DNA of 64,000 bases, taken from the IMG/VR virus record IMGVR_UViG_3300017754_001396, positions 282 through 64,281 of that record. One strand, written 5' to 3'. Shown here one piece after another: positions 55,831-64,000 of this stretch. Position 1 is the first letter of the stretch; each line of letters begins with the position of its first letter. The notes under the pieces were generated by a model. The model was not told the DNA's origin and searched no databases. It was given only the letters and a program-made list of their open reading frames with translations. The stretch is from a virus. Taxonomy: Duplodnaviria > Caudoviricetes. The position numbers were made by a program, and so were the translations under genes.

Positions 55831-56795
55831 TACTTAACAATTTTAGCGTAGTGCTCGTTACACATTTTCTTGAATGCTGCGATTGATTCCGCAGATGAAT
55901 CGTTGGCGTGCTTAGTTACTATGTCCTTAGCCCACTCAACAAATTCTGTAGCATTGGTATAAGACTCAATCGTATCTACGTGCTCCATGATTGGTTGTAT
56001 CCCCTCAGGCGTTTCCTCAACCTCCTGTGCCTCTTCATCGTCTTGAGTTGCTAAGCGGTCAAGCTCAGCGTCAATCTCTTGCTTGATGCGTTCTGTTGAC
56101 ATCCTACCGTGAGGTGCTTTACCGAATAGATTCTTGTATTCAAGGCTAAGTACTTCCTTAACGCTGTCTACTTTAGTCTCCTTCAAGACTTCTTCTGTCA
56201 AAGTTTCAAGTACTTCTGGCTCGGGAGTAGGCTCTTCCTTAGGTGCTTCGACTCTTGGCTTCATCGTTCCCCATTTGAATCGTAGGTTTCCGTTCTCATC
56301 CTTAGCTGCTAAGAAAGATATATATCCATCATCAGTAAACTCTGAGTACCACGTCCATTCTTTTATCTTGAGATTGTATGTTTGTCTAGGTCTACCACCA
56401 TCCTTAGTCCACTCATTGTCATTAAGCTTGACAGAGATAAGAGGGTAGTCATATAACTCGCGACCAATACCTAGATTAAAACAAGCACGCTTGAATGCGT
56501 CAGACGCTTGTCCCTTCTCAGCTTCGGTATTTGATTCAGTACCTACGTCCCATTTCCATATCCATTCGTGGATGTCATCGTTATAGATTCCGATACCACA
56601 GAATAGTTTGCCGTCAATAAGCTTGTAGTCACGTTGCCAGCCCATAGGAGTTAGCACTTCGTCAAGCCTGTTCATGTCCACCCTAGCGTCTTTGTACGCA
56701 AGGATTGTAGCATAGCCGCCATTATTAATTGACTGAACGCGAAAGTCAACGTCAGTGATTTGTAATGGTCTTGATAATTCTTTGATGTTTTTCAT
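55830..56795 (-). CDS. sak: Rad52/Sak-like single-strand annealing protein
   Basis: AYKDARVDMNRLDEV...W...KWDVG...EKG.ASDAFKRAC.N.GIGRELY. Confidence 0.85.
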   Translation of the reverse strand: MKNIKELSRPLQITDVDFRVQSINNGGYATILAYKDARVDMNRLDEVLTPMGWQRDYKLIDGKLFCGIGIYNDDIHEWIWKWDVGTESNTEAEKGQASDAFKRACFNLGIGRELYDYPLISVKLNDNEWTKDGGRPRQTYNLKIKEWTWYSEFTDDGYISFLAAKDENGNLRFKWGTMKPRVEAPKEEPTPEPEVLETLTEEVLKETKVDSVKEVLSLEYKNLFGKAPHGRMSTERIKQEIDAELDRLATQDDEEAQEVEETPEGIQPIMEHVDTIESYTNATEFVEWAKDIVTKHANDSSAESIAAFKKMCNEHYAKIVK

Positions 56796-56796
56796 A

Positions 56797-56813
56797 GTTG
56801 TTGATATTGAACG
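56797..56813 (-). repeat. 17-nt leader motif CGTTCAATATCAACAAC, copy 1
   Basis: Identical to 60867-60883; 1 nt before the sak ATG. Confidence 0.85.
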
Positions 56814-56896
56814 ATTATTGTTTCTTTGATACTGTCATTACCCATACGAAATAGGCAACATATACGCACACCTGAAAGAAGATGCAAATTATATCA

Positions 56897-57133
56897 TCAA
56901 TTAGTATCTGCCTCGGTGTCTTCTGCTTCATTGCTTACATTGTCTTTAATTAGATTCATAATATCCTCATCCATATTGTCGGTGAAGTCTAATGATTTCT
57001 TTATCACATCTTTTATCTCGGGATTAACAGTGAATGCTAATACGAATCCCGACATCAAGTCAGCGATGTCTCCGTTAATTTCAAGGCGAGCGCCATCACC
57101 ATCGGTGTAAAAACCGAAAATTAATTTTTCCAT
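56897..57133 (-). CDS. acidic hypothetical protein
   Basis: 78-aa ORF with A-rich leader. Confidence 0.55.
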   Translation of the reverse strand: MEKLIFGFYTDGDGARLEINGDIADLMSGFVLAFTVNPEIKDVIKKSLDFTDNMDEDIMNLIKDNVSNEAEDTEADTN

Positions 57134-57145
57134 AATTGTTTGTTT

Positions 57146-57409
57146 TTAAAATAAGTCGTGTTCCCTAACTAATACTTGTGTCTTTCTTGTGTACCTAGAA
57201 AGAATCTTTTTGACATCTACCTGTAGGAATTCAGATAAGAAGATGTAGACGTAAGCGTCTCGTGGGATAGTATTCCCGTTAACTAAGTTGTAAACATTTT
57301 GTGAAGATAACCAGTTGCCCGGAATCCTCTCGTGAACTAATGCCTCTTGAATACTTTTCACTGATGAACCGTGTGCATCCAAAAGGTCTTTGATACCTTT
57401 CCTGTCCAT
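57146..57409 (-). CDS. HTH-like DNA-binding protein
   Basis: 87 aa; SQNVYNLVNG helix pattern; TAATTTTG boxes upstream at 57436-57429 and 57462-57455. Confidence 0.5.
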   Translation of the reverse strand: MDRKGIKDLLDAHGSSVKSIQEALVHERIPGNWLSSQNVYNLVNGNTIPRDAYVYIFLSEFLQVDVKKILSRYTRKTQVLVREHDLF

Positions 57410-57502
57410 AAAAATTAGATTTGAAATACAAAATTAATAATTTAAAATTAATAACAAAATTATTCCCGATAAAAAATTGATACAATAATTAGGAATATGA
57501 AA

Positions 57503-58006
57503 TTACTTATTCTTCTGAAGAGTTTCATCGTTCATACGTTTAAGTGTGTAAGAGTACCTACCTGTAGCTCCATACTTTTTATCAAGCAATCTATAGTATT
57601 GCTCCTCTGTCTTTGCTGAGCTTAGGTAAGAGTCTTGGTACAGCTTATAGTCATCTACTGAATGCTTCCAACATGAGAACTTAGCGTATCCCTTGTACTT
57701 TCCAATGGCTGTTGTCTTCCTGATGTTAGGCATACGCATACCGAATAGGTTATTGGCATTCTTAAATAGGTCTGACTTAAATCTTCCAGACTCAAGTAGT
57801 GCTTGCCTATAAACAATTCTTGGGTATTTCATTCCTATCCGATGTAGATAGGAGTATAAGCTATCGGGAGAAAAGGTCATTGTGTCTATGGGAACGGGCA
57901 AACGATGTTCACCCATTACCAACCTATCTATCTTTTTTCTTTCTATTGTTTGGAATGAAAGGAATAGTGTTCCAACTATCATTGATGTAAATAGTATATA
58001 CCTCAT
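57503..58006 (-). CDS. GH73 glucosaminidase/muramidase with N-terminal membrane anchor
   Basis: QALLESG, NNLFGM, Y..F..W..SV.DY, YGAT..Y motifs; hydrophobic N-terminus. Confidence 0.8.
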   Translation of the reverse strand: MRYILFTSMIVGTLFLSFQTIERKKIDRLVMGEHRLPVPIDTMTFSPDSLYSYLHRIGMKYPRIVYRQALLESGRFKSDLFKNANNLFGMRMPNIRKTTAIGKYKGYAKFSCWKHSVDDYKLYQDSYLSSAKTEEQYYRLLDKKYGATGRYSYTLKRMNDETLQKNK

Positions 58007-58404
58007 CCCTTAACTATTTTAATTAGCCCCCATAGGATAGATATCTCTGTCTCTGTCCTTGTCTGTACCTTAGGCTTCCTTGCCTTCCTTACTTTTACGT
58101 TTTGTATGTAAGCTTCCGGTTTCTTTTCTGCCATACCTATTGTTGGGTCTTGTGGGCTCTTTACTAAGTCACGCGACAATACCTTGTATCTACCTGTCTG
58201 TATGTACTTGTGATACGCGCTTATTATAGAGCTCTTACTTCTTCCCATTTGTTTGGCTATGTCATCAAGACCTTCGTTAGAAGTTCCATAGCTTTTCTTG
58301 TCAAGACCATTAAGTTCAATCAACTTAGATAAGTCTTTGATGGTCCATCGAACATAGCTTTTTTGTTCTTCACCTCTCCTTCTTTTTCTTTCTTGTGTTT
58401 CCAT
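58003..58404 (-). CDS. Myb/HTH-like DNA-binding protein
   Basis: RWT..DL..L...IAKQMGRSKSSI; C-terminal EISILWGLIKI tail. Confidence 0.55.
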   Translation of the reverse strand: METQERKRRRGEEQKSYVRWTIKDLSKLIELNGLDKKSYGTSNEGLDDIAKQMGRSKSSIISAYHKYIQTGRYKVLSRDLVKSPQDPTIGMAEKKPEAYIQNVKVRKARKPKVQTRTETEISILWGLIKIVKG

Positions 58405-58483
58405 GTTTATTTGTTTTTAGTTAATACTTAATTGAATCCAACATATTGCTTTTGTTAGATTATAAATTGAGCAAAGGTGATAG

Positions 58484-58522
58484 AAAATAAGTCTACCCCC
58501 TACCCCCAAGGAGAGAGTAGAC
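58484..58522 (-). terminator. intrinsic terminator-like hairpin
   Basis: GTCTACTCTCTCC...GGTAGGGGGTAGAC then TTATTTT. Confidence 0.55.
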
Positions 58523-58618
58523 CTATTAACCACCATATTGCTTCCGTTGAGTTACTCATATCGCTTTTGGCTGATAGCGGGTAATAAGTCTTTGAACACC
58601 CATTTCTATCATTTAAGA

Positions 58619-58711
58619 TTAATTATAGACATCACAGTAAAACAGGATGTCTTTTCCTTCCTTATGAGTTGGAGAAGTACCTTTGCTTATGTACGCTGCC
58701 CTATCTAACAT
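58619..58711 (-). CDS. possible 30-aa micro-ORF (MLDRAAYISKGTSPTHKEGKDILFYCDVYN)
   Basis: First ATG after leader element 3; the ATG lies inside a CCCTAT/ATAGGG hairpin. Confidence 0.3.
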   Translation of the reverse strand: MLDRAAYISKGTSPTHKEGKDILFYCDVYN

Positions 58712-58720
58712 AGGGGAATT

Positions 58721-58812
58721 AAAAAACCCCCATCTAGTCGCAATCAATGGGGGCTATTGTTTAAGGTACAGAAACCTTTTTTATTACAGCACAAACATCA
58801 TTTGCGACAATG
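58721..58812 (-). ncRNA. candidate structured leader/attenuator RNA, copy 3 (5' GUCGCAA pairs with terminator loop UUGCGAC)
   Basis: TAACTTTG box 58826-58819; GTCGCAA 58808-58802; hairpin CCCCCAT-tgaTTGCGACtag-ATGGGGG plus T6. Confidence 0.6.
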
Positions 58813-58841
58813 ATAGAACAAAGTTATACAAAAATTCCATA

Positions 58842-59225
58842 CTAATTTAAAAATGATAAATATTTTTCTAGTGCCCTTGGGTTTGCTTGCTTTACTAGCT
58901 TCTTGTCTATATCGAATTCTATGTCAAGACCTGAACCACCCATGTTTAGCAATTGTATTTTATCATTAGCAATAATGTATGTATTAGGCGCGTAGTCTAT
59001 AACTACCGGGAAGTCTGGTAAGTCAGAGCCTAGTAGCATAGCCTCTAGTACTGATTCCCAAAACTCATAGCCTTCTCTTGAATCCTCCCAATCAAATAGT
59101 GTAAGGAAGTCAACCTCTAAACTCATTGACTCCATGAATATTTCATTGGGCTCAATCATGTTGTTCTGTATTGCCTTGATGTATTTCATAGGCAGGTGTC
59201 TTCTAAGTACATCTATTATCTTCAT
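58842..59225 (-). CDS. hypothetical protein
   Basis: FDWEDSREGYEFW motif common in phage early proteins. Confidence 0.6.
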   Translation of the reverse strand: MKIIDVLRRHLPMKYIKAIQNNMIEPNEIFMESMSLEVDFLTLFDWEDSREGYEFWESVLEAMLLGSDLPDFPVVIDYAPNTYIIANDKIQLLNMGGSGLDIEFDIDKKLVKQANPRALEKYLSFLN

Positions 59226-59250
59226 AGCATAACTAATTTAGTTAAAAAAT

Positions 59251-59372
59251 CTATGCAAGAATTGAGATGTAGACTATGTGTTTCTTTCCTTTATTCTTCT
59301 CGAATGTCTTTAGCGCATCCATGTAGCTTGGGGCTTGTACGTTTATCCCCGAGCATAATTCCTCCTTCAGTA
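59251..59372 (-). other. probable small ORF inside the track ORF 59251..59442 (MNKYHICYLLKEELCSGINV...)
   Basis: Plausible internal start overlapping the end of 59291..59641; exact boundaries not verified. Confidence 0.3.
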
Positions 59373-59641
59373 GGTAGCAAATGTGGTACTTGTTCATCTT
59401 GTTTAGTTTTAAAATGTTCATAAATCTGTTGTTCGTTTGCAAATATTAACTTGTCAAACTTACCTGTCTTGTAGTTGAATTCTAGGCAGCTCATACTTTC
59501 CTTTGCTCTTTCTATATTACAAGCAATACATACCTTGTTTCTGCCCATATCTGACCTCAGACAGCTCTTCCTGTTGTTCTTAGAGAATGCTTCCATCGGA
59601 AGATTTTCTCTGCATCTAAAGCATTTTTTAGTCATCGTCAT
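59291..59641 (-). CDS. Zn-finger protein
   Basis: KKCFRC...F.KN...CIAC. Confidence 0.55.
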   Translation of the reverse strand: MTMTKKCFRCRENLPMEAFSKNNRKSCLRSDMGRNKVCIACNIERAKESMSCLEFNYKTGKFDKLIFANEQQIYEHFKTKQDEQVPHLLPTEGGIMLGDKRTSPKLHGCAKDIREE

Positions 59642-59712
59642 GCCATGTATAATATCCGAATATCATTCCTATACATATACCTACTAACAGGTATCCTATC
59701 TGCATGAATAAC

Positions 59713-59934
59713 TCAGAAGTCACCATTGATTCCATTGTCTTCTAGTATTGAATGAAACTTATCGCTGACCTTCTCATATATCTCATATTCTTTTTCAGAT
59801 AGCTCAGCGTACTTTAATTGCTTTCTAAGCTCTTGTTTGATACCCCACAATGCGAGGTAGTATTTAGATGCATTTACCGTCATCTCGTAATCTTCCTTGT
59901 CGTCCGGAAGATTAAACTCTAGTATTGCTTTCAT
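59713..59934 (-). CDS. hypothetical protein
   Basis: MKAILEFNLPDD..DY..A family of phage early proteins. Confidence 0.65.
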   Translation of the reverse strand: MKAILEFNLPDDKEDYEMTVNASKYYLALWGIKQELRKQLKYAELSEKEYEIYEKVSDKFHSILEDNGINGDF

Positions 59935-60355
59935 CTTGTAATTCTTTAAGTTTTTGGTCTAATTCCATGATTCTATGCACTATACCCATTGCATCTTGAC
60001 TAGCTAATTGCAAACCTTCTATTTTAGCTTCTATAATTTGTATTTTTACCCACTTTGAGTATGCTCCTGCTATGAATGCTCTTTCCTCAAGAAACATTTT
60101 GGTCATTGAGTTTTTTCTGTATTCTTGTGCTTCTTCTTCTATACTTTTCATCTTACTTTCATTTAGTATTAACAATTCATCTGCTATATTCTCATTTATC
60201 ATGCTGTATATATTTTCTCTATGTATAGCACTGTGTAGTACTTTTAACTTGTTTTCCTTTGTTAGTCTATCGTCATCAACATCGTGAATACACCATAGAT
60301 TTTCCACATAATACCCAGCATCTTTTAATACTTGCATTGCTTCTTCTACTTTCAT
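59912..60355 (-). CDS. hypothetical protein
   Basis: 147-aa ORF in an overlapping operon. Confidence 0.55.
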   Translation of the reverse strand: MKVEEAMQVLKDAGYYVENLWCIHDVDDDRLTKENKLKVLHSAIHRENIYSMINENIADELLILNESKMKSIEEEAQEYRKNSMTKMFLEERAFIAGAYSKWVKIQIIEAKIEGLQLASQDAMGIVHRIMELDQKLKELQDESNTRV

Positions 60356-60366
60356 AGCTTAAATCT

Positions 60367-60570
60367 TTAATCCTCCATACTAAATAACTCATCGTAGTAG
60401 AACTTACCATCTGCCCATTGAAAATCATACTGACCTGTAGACCTACCATCTTCAAAGGCTTTCTCTATTTCCTTACGATGTCTCTCCCTTGCGGTATTTA
60501 TGTACCATTCTCTTTCTTCTTTGCTGAGCTTGTCTGACAATTGCTCAATTAAATACTCAATTGAAATCAT
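60367..60570 (-). CDS. hypothetical protein
   Basis: 67 aa; EIEKAFEDG...YY.E motif. Confidence 0.55.
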   Translation of the reverse strand: MISIEYLIEQLSDKLSKEEREWYINTARERHRKEIEKAFEDGRSTGQYDFQWADGKFYYDELFSMED

Positions 60571-60866
60571 GATTGAAAAAATTTATTGATTTTGTTTACT
60601 GTATTCACGCACGCCTTGTACGTCCCTTCTAAATCCTGTCTTACTAGATGGTTGTTAATCTCATCTATGTCCTGTGAATGGTAATCATGAGACTTTATCT
60701 CTCTGACTACACGCATGAGCCAGTCCCATGATTCATGGAATAGTAATTCATCTGGAGAGTGCCAATCCCCGCTGTTGTAAACGGGGAAGTAGTACTCATT
60801 CATCTCGGGGTCAAACCTAAGATACATAAACTTTGCTAATAACTCATTGGTTTCTATTGTGTCCAT
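60567..60866 (-). CDS. hypothetical protein (likely start MDTIETNELL at 60866)
   Basis: N.L.A.FM...FH.SWDWLM.VV..I family; ATG directly follows the 17-nt leader repeat. Confidence 0.65.
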   Translation of the reverse strand: MDTIETNELLAKFMYLRFDPEMNEYYFPVYNSGDWHSPDELLFHESWDWLMRVVREIKSHDYHSQDIDEINNHLVRQDLEGTYKACVNTVNKINKFFQS

Positions 60867-60883
60867 GTTGTTGATATTGAACG
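60867..60883 (-). repeat. 17-nt leader motif CGTTCAATATCAACAAC, copy 2
   Basis: Identical to 56797-56813. Confidence 0.85.
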
Positions 60884-60889
60884 TTATTA

Positions 60890-61843
60890 CTATGCTCCTA
60901 AGAAATCTGTGCATTCTTGACACATAAAGGCATTGTATGCTGCATTATACTCTACCTCCTTAACTGTTGTACAACAATCGCACGTATCAGATACCTTGTA
61001 CATTGATTGCTTAGGTGTAGCAGCTTGAAGCTTGAGTGCCTCTTCTTGACAATAGTGACAAGTACCTGCTTCAATCTCATTCATACCCATGAGAGTTATA
61101 CCACAATCGCTGCATACCTCGGGAATATCTTCGAAGTCAGACCATACTGTTTGTTGCTTGGCTGTAGTCTCCTTAAACTTACTATGGTAGCTATTACCAT
61201 AACCTAGTGAGTTATCCCAACTATTATAGCCACCCCAATTATTGTAGCCTAATGAAGACTTAGACTTGCGTACACCACCATAGTCAACGTAGCTGTTAAC
61301 TTTCTTGTATGAGCTGTTAGAGAACCAACATCCCATGTTCCAATGACCTGCCTTCTCATTAACGATAGCATAGTGATTGTCTTTGTTAAGGAAGATAAGC
61401 TTACTACCAGCACCTATGAATGTATCTAACATATCAAGTACAGTATCGTTATACTCAAAGCCTTCCTTGAGATTTTTGAGTATAGTCTCATTGAACATAT
61501 ACGTATCTGAATACTCTGTGCTGTTAGGTACATCGTATATCATACCATTGTGAACGAATCCGATATTGTCATCTACTAGGAATGGGTGACAGTTAGTCTC
61601 GTTTACCTTGCCATGAGTACTGATGCGGAAGTGAAGCACCATGTTACGCCTACCATACTTTTTCTTGAGGTCTATATAATTCTCGTAAAAGTTATCGAAG
61701 CTATTCATTTCCTTGAATACACTCATCTTTTTGTTAGCACCAATGTACAGGATACCTGCACCATCCCCATTATTTTCCCAACAGTTACGTAGGGTTTCCT
61801 TTCCAAGTGTTGCTTGTTTAGTATTTAAAATTGCGATACACAT
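60890..61843 (-). CDS. class II (Ntn) glutamine amidotransferase with C-terminal Zn ribbons
   Basis: Cys2 nucleophile (MCIAI), N.DGAG, HFRISTHG, NCHPF, HNGMI, SDT; four CxxC at the C-terminus. Confidence 0.88.
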   Translation of the reverse strand: MCIAILNTKQATLGKETLRNCWENNGDGAGILYIGANKKMSVFKEMNSFDNFYENYIDLKKKYGRRNMVLHFRISTHGKVNETNCHPFLVDDNIGFVHNGMIYDVPNSTEYSDTYMFNETILKNLKEGFEYNDTVLDMLDTFIGAGSKLIFLNKDNHYAIVNEKAGHWNMGCWFSNSSYKKVNSYVDYGGVRKSKSSLGYNNWGGYNSWDNSLGYGNSYHSKFKETTAKQQTVWSDFEDIPEVCSDCGITLMGMNEIEAGTCHYCQEEALKLQAATPKQSMYKVSDTCDCCTTVKEVEYNAAYNAFMCQECTDFLGA

Positions 61844-61878
61844 AATATTTATTTTTATTTAGTTAGTTAATTAATTAA

Positions 61879-63369
61879 TTAAGCGCCCAATGAATCTGTT
61901 ACATCACCAAGGTCATCGGATAAAAACTTGGTCACACGAGGTACGTGCTTGTCATTGTATGACTTGCTGTACTCAACAAACTTTTGAACCTTTTTAGTAA
62001 GCTCATCTGTAGTGTACACCTTGCGAAGATGCTTGTACAATGCAGACTTCTCGTTGGTCATAGATATGAGAACCTCCACCTCAGAAGGTCCAGCATAGTA
62101 AGACTCTAAACCTTTCTTATTGATAAGCTTGATAGACTTGCATATGATACGGATGAGGTCGCGTCTCCATAGTAAGTTAGTCACTGACTTGACGGCTGGC
62201 GGGATACGAATCTCTAGCACATTACTCTTGATGTAGAAACTAGAGTACTTGCCTCGGTCATCTATGTAGTTACCCTTTCTCTTTGCTCGTGAGTACCGCT
62301 CACTCATGCGATTCTCATAGATGGCATAGAAGAGCGGGAAGTATCCCGATATATGCTCGAACAATTGTTCTGGGTTGAATAATGTAGATGACAGGTTGAT
62401 ATGCCCGCCACAATTATCAGAGTAGCTAGCATTTATCAAGTCCTTTAGGTCTTGACTATCTGCTATATCCTTGTCCATAGTGTTATGGAATAGGTCATAG
62501 CATGGACTTACTAGCTCATATCCTATGTGACTACACAAGCTGCCGTCATCTTCTTTACACCATCCGGTACGGTTGTATAGTTCTTCATAACCTATCTCGC
62601 ATTCCGTTTTATCTTCCTTCTCTATCTCGAATCCGATGCGAAACTTCGCATCCCTATGTACATCCTTGAACCTGCGCTCAAGGGATTGGTAAGACGAGTT
62701 ATCTTTACACACGCTGCTGGCATCGAACCACTCACCGTTTGACTGAACGAAGCCGTTATCATTCGCAACCTCTCCGTTACGATACCAGTCACCATTTATT
62801 AGTACAGCCTCACCATGTCTATCTAGGAAATAATCCTCACTTCCTCCGCGATATCCAGTGTATCCATAGATTAGGTCATCATCCTCCTCATGGAAATACT
62901 CACTATGATATTCGGAGTAAACGATTCCGTAGTCGGAATCCCGGTCTCTCGGAAATGTTTCACCATGATATGTGCTACGCGACTCTGAATGCAGTATGTA
63001 TCCACCGCTACCATAGTCGGGGATAAGACATCTATCTAATGGTGCGTACTCACCTTCGTACTCAGAGTCACCACCTAGTAAGACACATAGGTCTTTCATG
63101 TATTCGTGCCCGTCATAACACTGAATCATCTCTACATTGTTAATCTCAAACCATTGCTCAAGAGTGATTACTTGATACAAAGGTGGCTCATATGATGTAG
63201 AGTAACCACCACCGCTTGGTGTCATGCCGTAATAGCTTCCCCATGACGTACCTCGGAAGTAGCTACCGTTGTTGTTAGTGGAGTTAATCTTCGTTATGAA
63301 GAAGTTCCACTTGTTAGACGCATCTTCTGCCTTGATGCAGAAGCCTTTACTTAAATCAATTGTTTTCAT
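61879..63369 (-). CDS. putative amidoligase (COOH-NH2 ligase, Amidoligase_2 family)
   Basis: IGFEIE, W...DGSL, GYELVSP, CGGHIN, KY, LEIR motifs. Confidence 0.85.
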   Translation of the reverse strand: MKTIDLSKGFCIKAEDASNKWNFFITKINSTNNNGSYFRGTSWGSYYGMTPSGGGYSTSYEPPLYQVITLEQWFEINNVEMIQCYDGHEYMKDLCVLLGGDSEYEGEYAPLDRCLIPDYGSGGYILHSESRSTYHGETFPRDRDSDYGIVYSEYHSEYFHEEDDDLIYGYTGYRGGSEDYFLDRHGEAVLINGDWYRNGEVANDNGFVQSNGEWFDASSVCKDNSSYQSLERRFKDVHRDAKFRIGFEIEKEDKTECEIGYEELYNRTGWCKEDDGSLCSHIGYELVSPCYDLFHNTMDKDIADSQDLKDLINASYSDNCGGHINLSSTLFNPEQLFEHISGYFPLFYAIYENRMSERYSRAKRKGNYIDDRGKYSSFYIKSNVLEIRIPPAVKSVTNLLWRRDLIRIICKSIKLINKKGLESYYAGPSEVEVLISMTNEKSALYKHLRKVYTTDELTKKVQKFVEYSKSYNDKHVPRVTKFLSDDLGDVTDSLGA

Positions 63370-64000
63370 TGTGCTGTATTTATTTAATTAAACTTTTTGT
63401 GCTTTATACTTACTCCTTTCGGGTTGAAACTTATTCATTCCCTCTTTGTACAATGCTAACTCAATAGCATGGTACGTACTTTCTGCCTTGATATAGACAA
63501 CGAGCTCACCTAGTGAGCATTCTATTTCCACTCTATACATATCTCCCGTATTAGTTCATTCTACATTTAGGATAACCTTTTACCCAATGTCTATGCTGGC
63601 GATAGTTAAACCCTCTTGACTTTTTCTTTCCTCCCGGATAGTTTACTTCCGTTTGTCCGTTACTTTCTTTCGCGGATACTCCTGCACCCAATACGAGTGC
63701 TGCAATTAAGATTGCTGTTTTCATCTTTATTTGATTTATTTGGTTTTACTTACTACATATGCAATAGCGCAATTACTACGCTTGCTATTAAAATTGTGTA
63801 TAGGTAGAACATACCTACTGATTCATTTCTTTTCATCTTACTTAATATATAGTCCTACTACTACAGGAAGCGTATAGGCAAAGTCAATTGCCAGCGCTCC
63901 CACGAATGCCGTCACTGACTCAAAACGATTTAGCTTTGAGCCAATTAATAATACAATTACCGTCATCTTACGAGATATTATCAAAACTCAATAGAAATTC

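Noticed and set aside
1-64000. Stop-codon reassignment, as in some crAss-like phages
   Set aside because: Genes up to 5.7 kb are open in the standard code, and TAG and TGA end genes normally; no suppressor tRNA seen.
1-64000. CRISPR array, tRNA genes, integrase, terminal direct repeat
   Set aside because: No regularly spaced repeat-spacer series, no cloverleaf with T-loop consensus noticed, no tyrosine/serine recombinase motif, and the two window ends do not match each other.

Overview
This window is most or all of a tailed dsDNA phage genome (about 37% GC by eye, not computed; standard genetic code) that very probably infects a Bacteroidota (Flavobacteriia-like) host. Bacteroidota-type -7 promoter boxes (TAnnTTTG) sit in front of nearly every gene block, and leaders are A-rich and lack Shine-Dalgarno sites. 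There are two main transcription arms. The + strand (1.9-48.5 kb) carries packaging, a crAss-like/podovirus virion module and lysis: terminase, portal, scaffold, SU10-type major capsid protein, three tail-ring paralogues, a 1512-aa muzzle/stabilisation protein, giant ejection proteins with a ferritin gene wedged between them, Cys-rich tail proteins, holins and an amidase. The - strand (48.5-64 kb and 0-1 kb) carries early/replication genes: amidoligase plus class II glutamine amidotransferase, GH73 hydrolase, Sak/Rad52, DnaA-type HTH, DnaB, MazG-like pyrophosphatase, SSB and nucleases. I see no RNA polymerase, DNA polymerase, integrase, tRNA or CRISPR array. Strongest unexplained signals: (1) three sequence-unrelated but architecturally identical leader RNAs of roughly 80-95 nt, each a TAnnTTTG promoter, then a 7-nt 5' segment, then a terminator hairpin whose loop is the exact reverse complement of that segment; (2) an integron-type attC site and gene cassette in the early region; (3) about 4,500 aa of ejection proteins containing only two cysteines, at the facing termini of the two largest proteins; (4) apparently strong avoidance of GATC and CCWGG. 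All product calls come from motif recognition by eye, with no database searches.
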